Shown piece by piece: positions 60,461 to 64,000 of a DNA stretch of 64,000 bases. Both the position numbers and the translations under genes were made by a program. Under the pieces are notes generated by a model. It had not been told where the DNA came from. It was given only the letters and a program-made list of their open reading frames with translations, and searched no databases. Position 1 is the stretch's first letter, and each line of letters begins with the position of its first letter. Source of the stretch: Macrostomum lignano (taxonomy: Eukaryota). The stretch covers positions 1-64,000 of the forward strand of contig NIVC01002646.1 in NCBI GenBank assembly GCA_002269645.1. The letters run 5' to 3'.

Positions 60461-61458
60461 CTCGATTGGGGACATCAGATCCGGTGACTCAGCTGGTGTC
60501 CGTCTCCAGTTTATCAGGTTTTCCTGAATGAAATCTTGAGCTCGCCGACTTGTGTGCTTGGGATCATTGTCCTTAGTAATAATAAATGGGTGCATTCGAT
60601 TTATTTTCTATAACCTTTTGCTTTAATACGGCGCTTAAAACGCAGAAGCTTTGGCTTTGACTTACAGCAAACAGTCGATGACCATTAGGAAACAAATCGC
60701 GAATGGTAGGAAGCAATGCATCAGTCAAAATTTCCTTAACGTAGAAATCGGCAGTCATAATCCCTTTGAAAATCACGAGTTGCGTAGCTCCTTTGCGGCT
60801 GATTCCTGCCCAGACGTGCACCTTTGAAAAGTCAGTTAATCTGCGTGTCTATTACATCATGTATATCTGTGTAACTAATATATGTGTCCTAGAAAATGAA
60901 TACAGTAAAATGACAAGGCACAATATGATTAAAATGCTTCAGCAGGAAAAAATAATACTAAAATGCGTGTGTTCCTACCTGCAAAGGATGCTTTGGAACT
61001 TGAACCTTCGGTCGAGCGCAGTTTACTCGTCTAAACACAGTTTGATGCGTCTTTCGGGAAATAGCAACTGTGCATTCATCAGTGAATATAACGTCACTGA
61101 AGGTGTCATTTAACTGCATCTTCATCAGGCTCAAAATACACCTCACTGGTTGGTTTTTTTTCTTAATAACTTGGCAGTATTGTGTAGACGTTCGAACCCA
61201 ACCGAGCTTTTGTCTGATTCTCTTCATTGTGCGAATGGATAGCTTTATAATTATATCAAACTCTAATTCCGTTTTCAAGCAGAGCTCCCTTGCAGAAATT
61301 CGACCATCAGTCTCTTTGATTAACTTGTCAATAAATATAGCCTGTCTTAGACACCATTTCTTACCACCAGTTCTTTTGCCGAATTTCCTCTTTGCAGGAA
61401 TCAGATGCGAACGGACACTTCGCTGAGCAACTTTTAAAAGTGCACTAATAACTTTCAC
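60461..61458 (-). mobile_element. Tc1-like DDE transposase with spliceosomal introns, 3' end missing
   Basis: Exons ~61458-60979, 60821-60666 and 60571-60461: DVIFTDECTV..PKHPLQ|VHVWAGISRKGAT..HRLFA|DNDPKHTS..TPAESPDLMSPIE. GT-AG introns at 60978-60822 and 60665-60572. Confidence 0.8.
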
Positions 61459-61940
61459 ACTTTTTCCTTCTACAAAAAAAGAGTCGTTCTATTCGGAGCT
61501 TCCGTGCTATGCTAAGATGCTGCCCTCTTTTTAATAGATAGTTGCATATACAAATTAATAGGAAGAAGCAAGCAATCTATTAGATCACCCGCGGGAAATC
61601 TAACACAATCTAACATAGCTCATTATTTTTTTCGTTTCCCACACCCCTCCACTGTTCCCCACCTCATCACCGCCCAATGATGAATCCTCCAATGACAAAG
61701 CATCAAAGAGGCCGCAAATTACAAGATTATCAAGTTATTTCAATTAAATATGAGCTGAATTAAAATTACATAATTTGCATTAGCATTCAATCACAATTTT
61801 ACGAGAAAGTCAATGGCGTGCGATTGTCGATGCCATAGAGAATCATGTCTTTATATCGAACTGGTTTCGGAGCTATTCAAGGCGATTTTTGCCTATTCTA
61901 GTGTGTTTAAAAAGGAAAAGTCCAAGATATGTAACTTGCA

Positions 61941-62199
61941 AATCAATCAGCAATTGCCAAGCTGTAATACTAGACTCAAATATGAGATTCTACAGATCAT
62001 TAGAGCGTGTCAGTCCCTAGCTGTCTTCCCCAGAAAGAATCGTGTCTCTAGCTTAATCAGCTTTCCAGATGTTCACTCAAAAATGGCGATTCCAGAAATT
62101 TGCAATGCATTCAAATGGTGAAATTCCCGAAAATCAATCAGCAATTGCCAAGCTTTATCACTAGACTCAAATATGAAATTCTACAGATCATTAGAGCGT
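61941..62199. repeat. 68-bp direct repeat (61941-62008 and 62132-62199)
   Basis: AATCAATCAGCAATTGCCAAGC..CTAGACTCAAATATGA..CTACAGATCATTAGAGCGT occurs twice. Confidence 0.85.
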
Positions 62200-63099
62200 C
62201 CACACTATCCAAAAGGTATTCAAACAGAGTCCACACTAACCCATACTACATTAAGAGTGTTTGGTAGGGAAACTCGGCCCGTGTTTCCATTGCAATTAGC
62301 AGCAGGCGCGCTCTGATGAGCTGGAGTTTTCCTGTCTGTCCGAACCGGCTACATGTATTTTACAGTACTAAATACAGCAGCGGATTTTGCAGCTCTGCTG
62401 TCTTTATGACTTCGCATTTTTGTACCCTCACTTTCCACTTTCTACAAGCGTTTATCTAGGACTCCTTTCTCTTGGCGACACGACATCATGCAGCCAAGGA
62501 CGACTAAAGTAACGTATATATCTACTTAAGTAGTCCTTGCATGCAGAATAGCTCTAATAGAGGAAAATTAACTGCCGCAGTGCATTTTTCATGACACAAA
62601 TCGAGCTACTCTCCAGATTTTCTTTTCCAGGTAGTTCCGTAGCTAAACTACAAAAAACAAAAAAATATCGATGTATCTTGCTGAGCTACGGTTCATGACG
62701 GCATGCTGCTCAAGAAAAGAGTCAGAATCATCTTCAGGAGAAGTCTGTTGGCCCGGCGGGACAATGCAGCTTTTTGAATTCTAAGCATTACACTTTATGT
62801 TATATTGAATTGCCTGGTCTGCTTTTAGCTGCTTTTTCTCGGATATCAAAGGCCAAGTCCACGCATCAAAGAATAAAAATATCACTGTTTAAAATCCTTA
62901 ATATGTGCTTTACTGCTTAAGGATACATTGCAGACTCATCACATCAAAGTATTTTTGGTCTTTAATCGCGGAACAATAATTTGAATTCACGAATGAATTG
63001 CAAACGTATTGCAGAAGGTGCTAACTAGTTTTTAAGCACTTTGATCGAAGATTTTAAAAAATAGAATTCATTTAAAAACTGTCTCGTCGATCATTTCTT

Positions 63100-63432
63100 T
63101 CATAAGCTGTCCAGCATTTTCATTGCACTTTCTCGATCAATTTTTTTCAGACAACCGTAAATCAGTTGTGAAGTGCCGTCTGAAACTTTGCAACCGGACG
63201 CAATGCAATTACTCACTTCTTCCAGATTGTCACCGAATTGGAATATACAAGCTCCGTACACTGACTTGATCTCACAGGTTTCCGAAAGAACACGAGCTGT
63301 TCTCCAGCACTCAATATCCATTTCACTTTGCTCGCCAGAACCAGCTGCATCCTCGATAGCTGCGGTTGCCATGGAAACCAGGGCAAAAATAAGAACGCAA
63401 ACTTTAATAATTTTTCGGAAACTCTCAGCCAT
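63100..63432 (-). CDS. Small secreted six-cysteine protein, 110 aa, family unknown
   Basis: Signal-peptide-like MAESFRKIIKVCVLIFALVSMATA, an acidic linker with GSGE, and mature Cys spacing C-x10-C-x8-C-x13-C-x4-C-x12-C. The ORF is uninterrupted and no homolog was recognised. Confidence 0.6.
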   Translation of the reverse strand: MAESFRKIIKVCVLIFALVSMATAAIEDAAGSGEQSEMDIECWRTARVLSETCEIKSVYGACIFQFGDNLEEVSNCIASGCKVSDGTSQLIYGCLKKIDRESAMKMLDSL

Positions 63433-64000
63433 GGTAATGGTTATCCAATGGGTAGCTTTCAGATGAGATATAACGTTGCCGATCTGCAACTATAAACTCA
63501 GTCAAAGCTTTAGTTGATGGTCTCTGTTTAAATAAAACTATTTTAGCAGTGGATAGTGCGTGTATGTTTCGAATATTTTTGCTAGCTTGAAATTTTTCTT
63601 TTCGTTATTCTATTCCATTTTTTCTTAAACTCGATAGAGCAAGCGGCACACAACATTTTAAAATGTTTCATTTGCTGAAGAGTAGATGTCTAAAAAAGTT
63701 TTAGAATCTAAGTAGCTTGAATATTTTATGAAAGAATTTTTAAGTAATATGCAATTGTCAGTGGAAAGAATTTTCATGAGCGCGCCTTCTGTATGGTTAA
63801 GAATTTTTAGCATTTTCAATTTTGCTAAATTGAGATTGAAAAAAAATCAATGGTATGTGAGGCGAGGCGATTCGATTCGTCTCATGTAGCAAACCAGACA
63901 CGAACGATTTCCAAATTTCCCTATTTCAAGCATCAAGTAACGGCTAATGATGCTGTTTTGTTGAAACTATAGAGTGCAAGTACTTGATAACTTGAGCACA

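Noticed and set aside
62270-62345. CTGATGAG as a hammerhead ribozyme core (also 8973-8990 on the minus strand)
   Set aside because: No correctly placed GAAA or stem II/III arrangement.

Overview
Eukaryotic, intron-containing, repeat-rich animal DNA. The style (intronic minisatellites, RTE LINEs, ankyrin plus Mab-21 genes) suggests a free-living flatworm such as Macrostomum; this is inference. All gene models were built by hand from GT/AG sites and reading-frame continuity. The main result is a 5-exon minus-strand gene (51324-49022) that the ORF track misses. It encodes a selenoprotein L-like thioredoxin-fold protein with two in-frame TGA codons in a UxxU motif (RHLA-U-HP-U-QQH). It has a type II SECIS in the 3' UTR (48209-48257) and a candidate recoding hairpin that forms only across the exon 4/5 junction. 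Other host genes are MO25/CAB39 (4 exons), a GH20 beta-hexosaminidase (12 exons, with a polyQ/P insert and a predicted C-terminal membrane anchor), an F-type lectin and a small 6-Cys secreted protein. There is also an ankyrin + cGAS-like (Mab-21) pseudogene. Long introns each carry a minisatellite. The rest is transposon debris: Gypsy, DIRS, RTE, RNase H LINEs, CACTA, THAP/P, an intron-containing Tc1 and MITEs. No rRNA, tRNA or CRISPR array was found.
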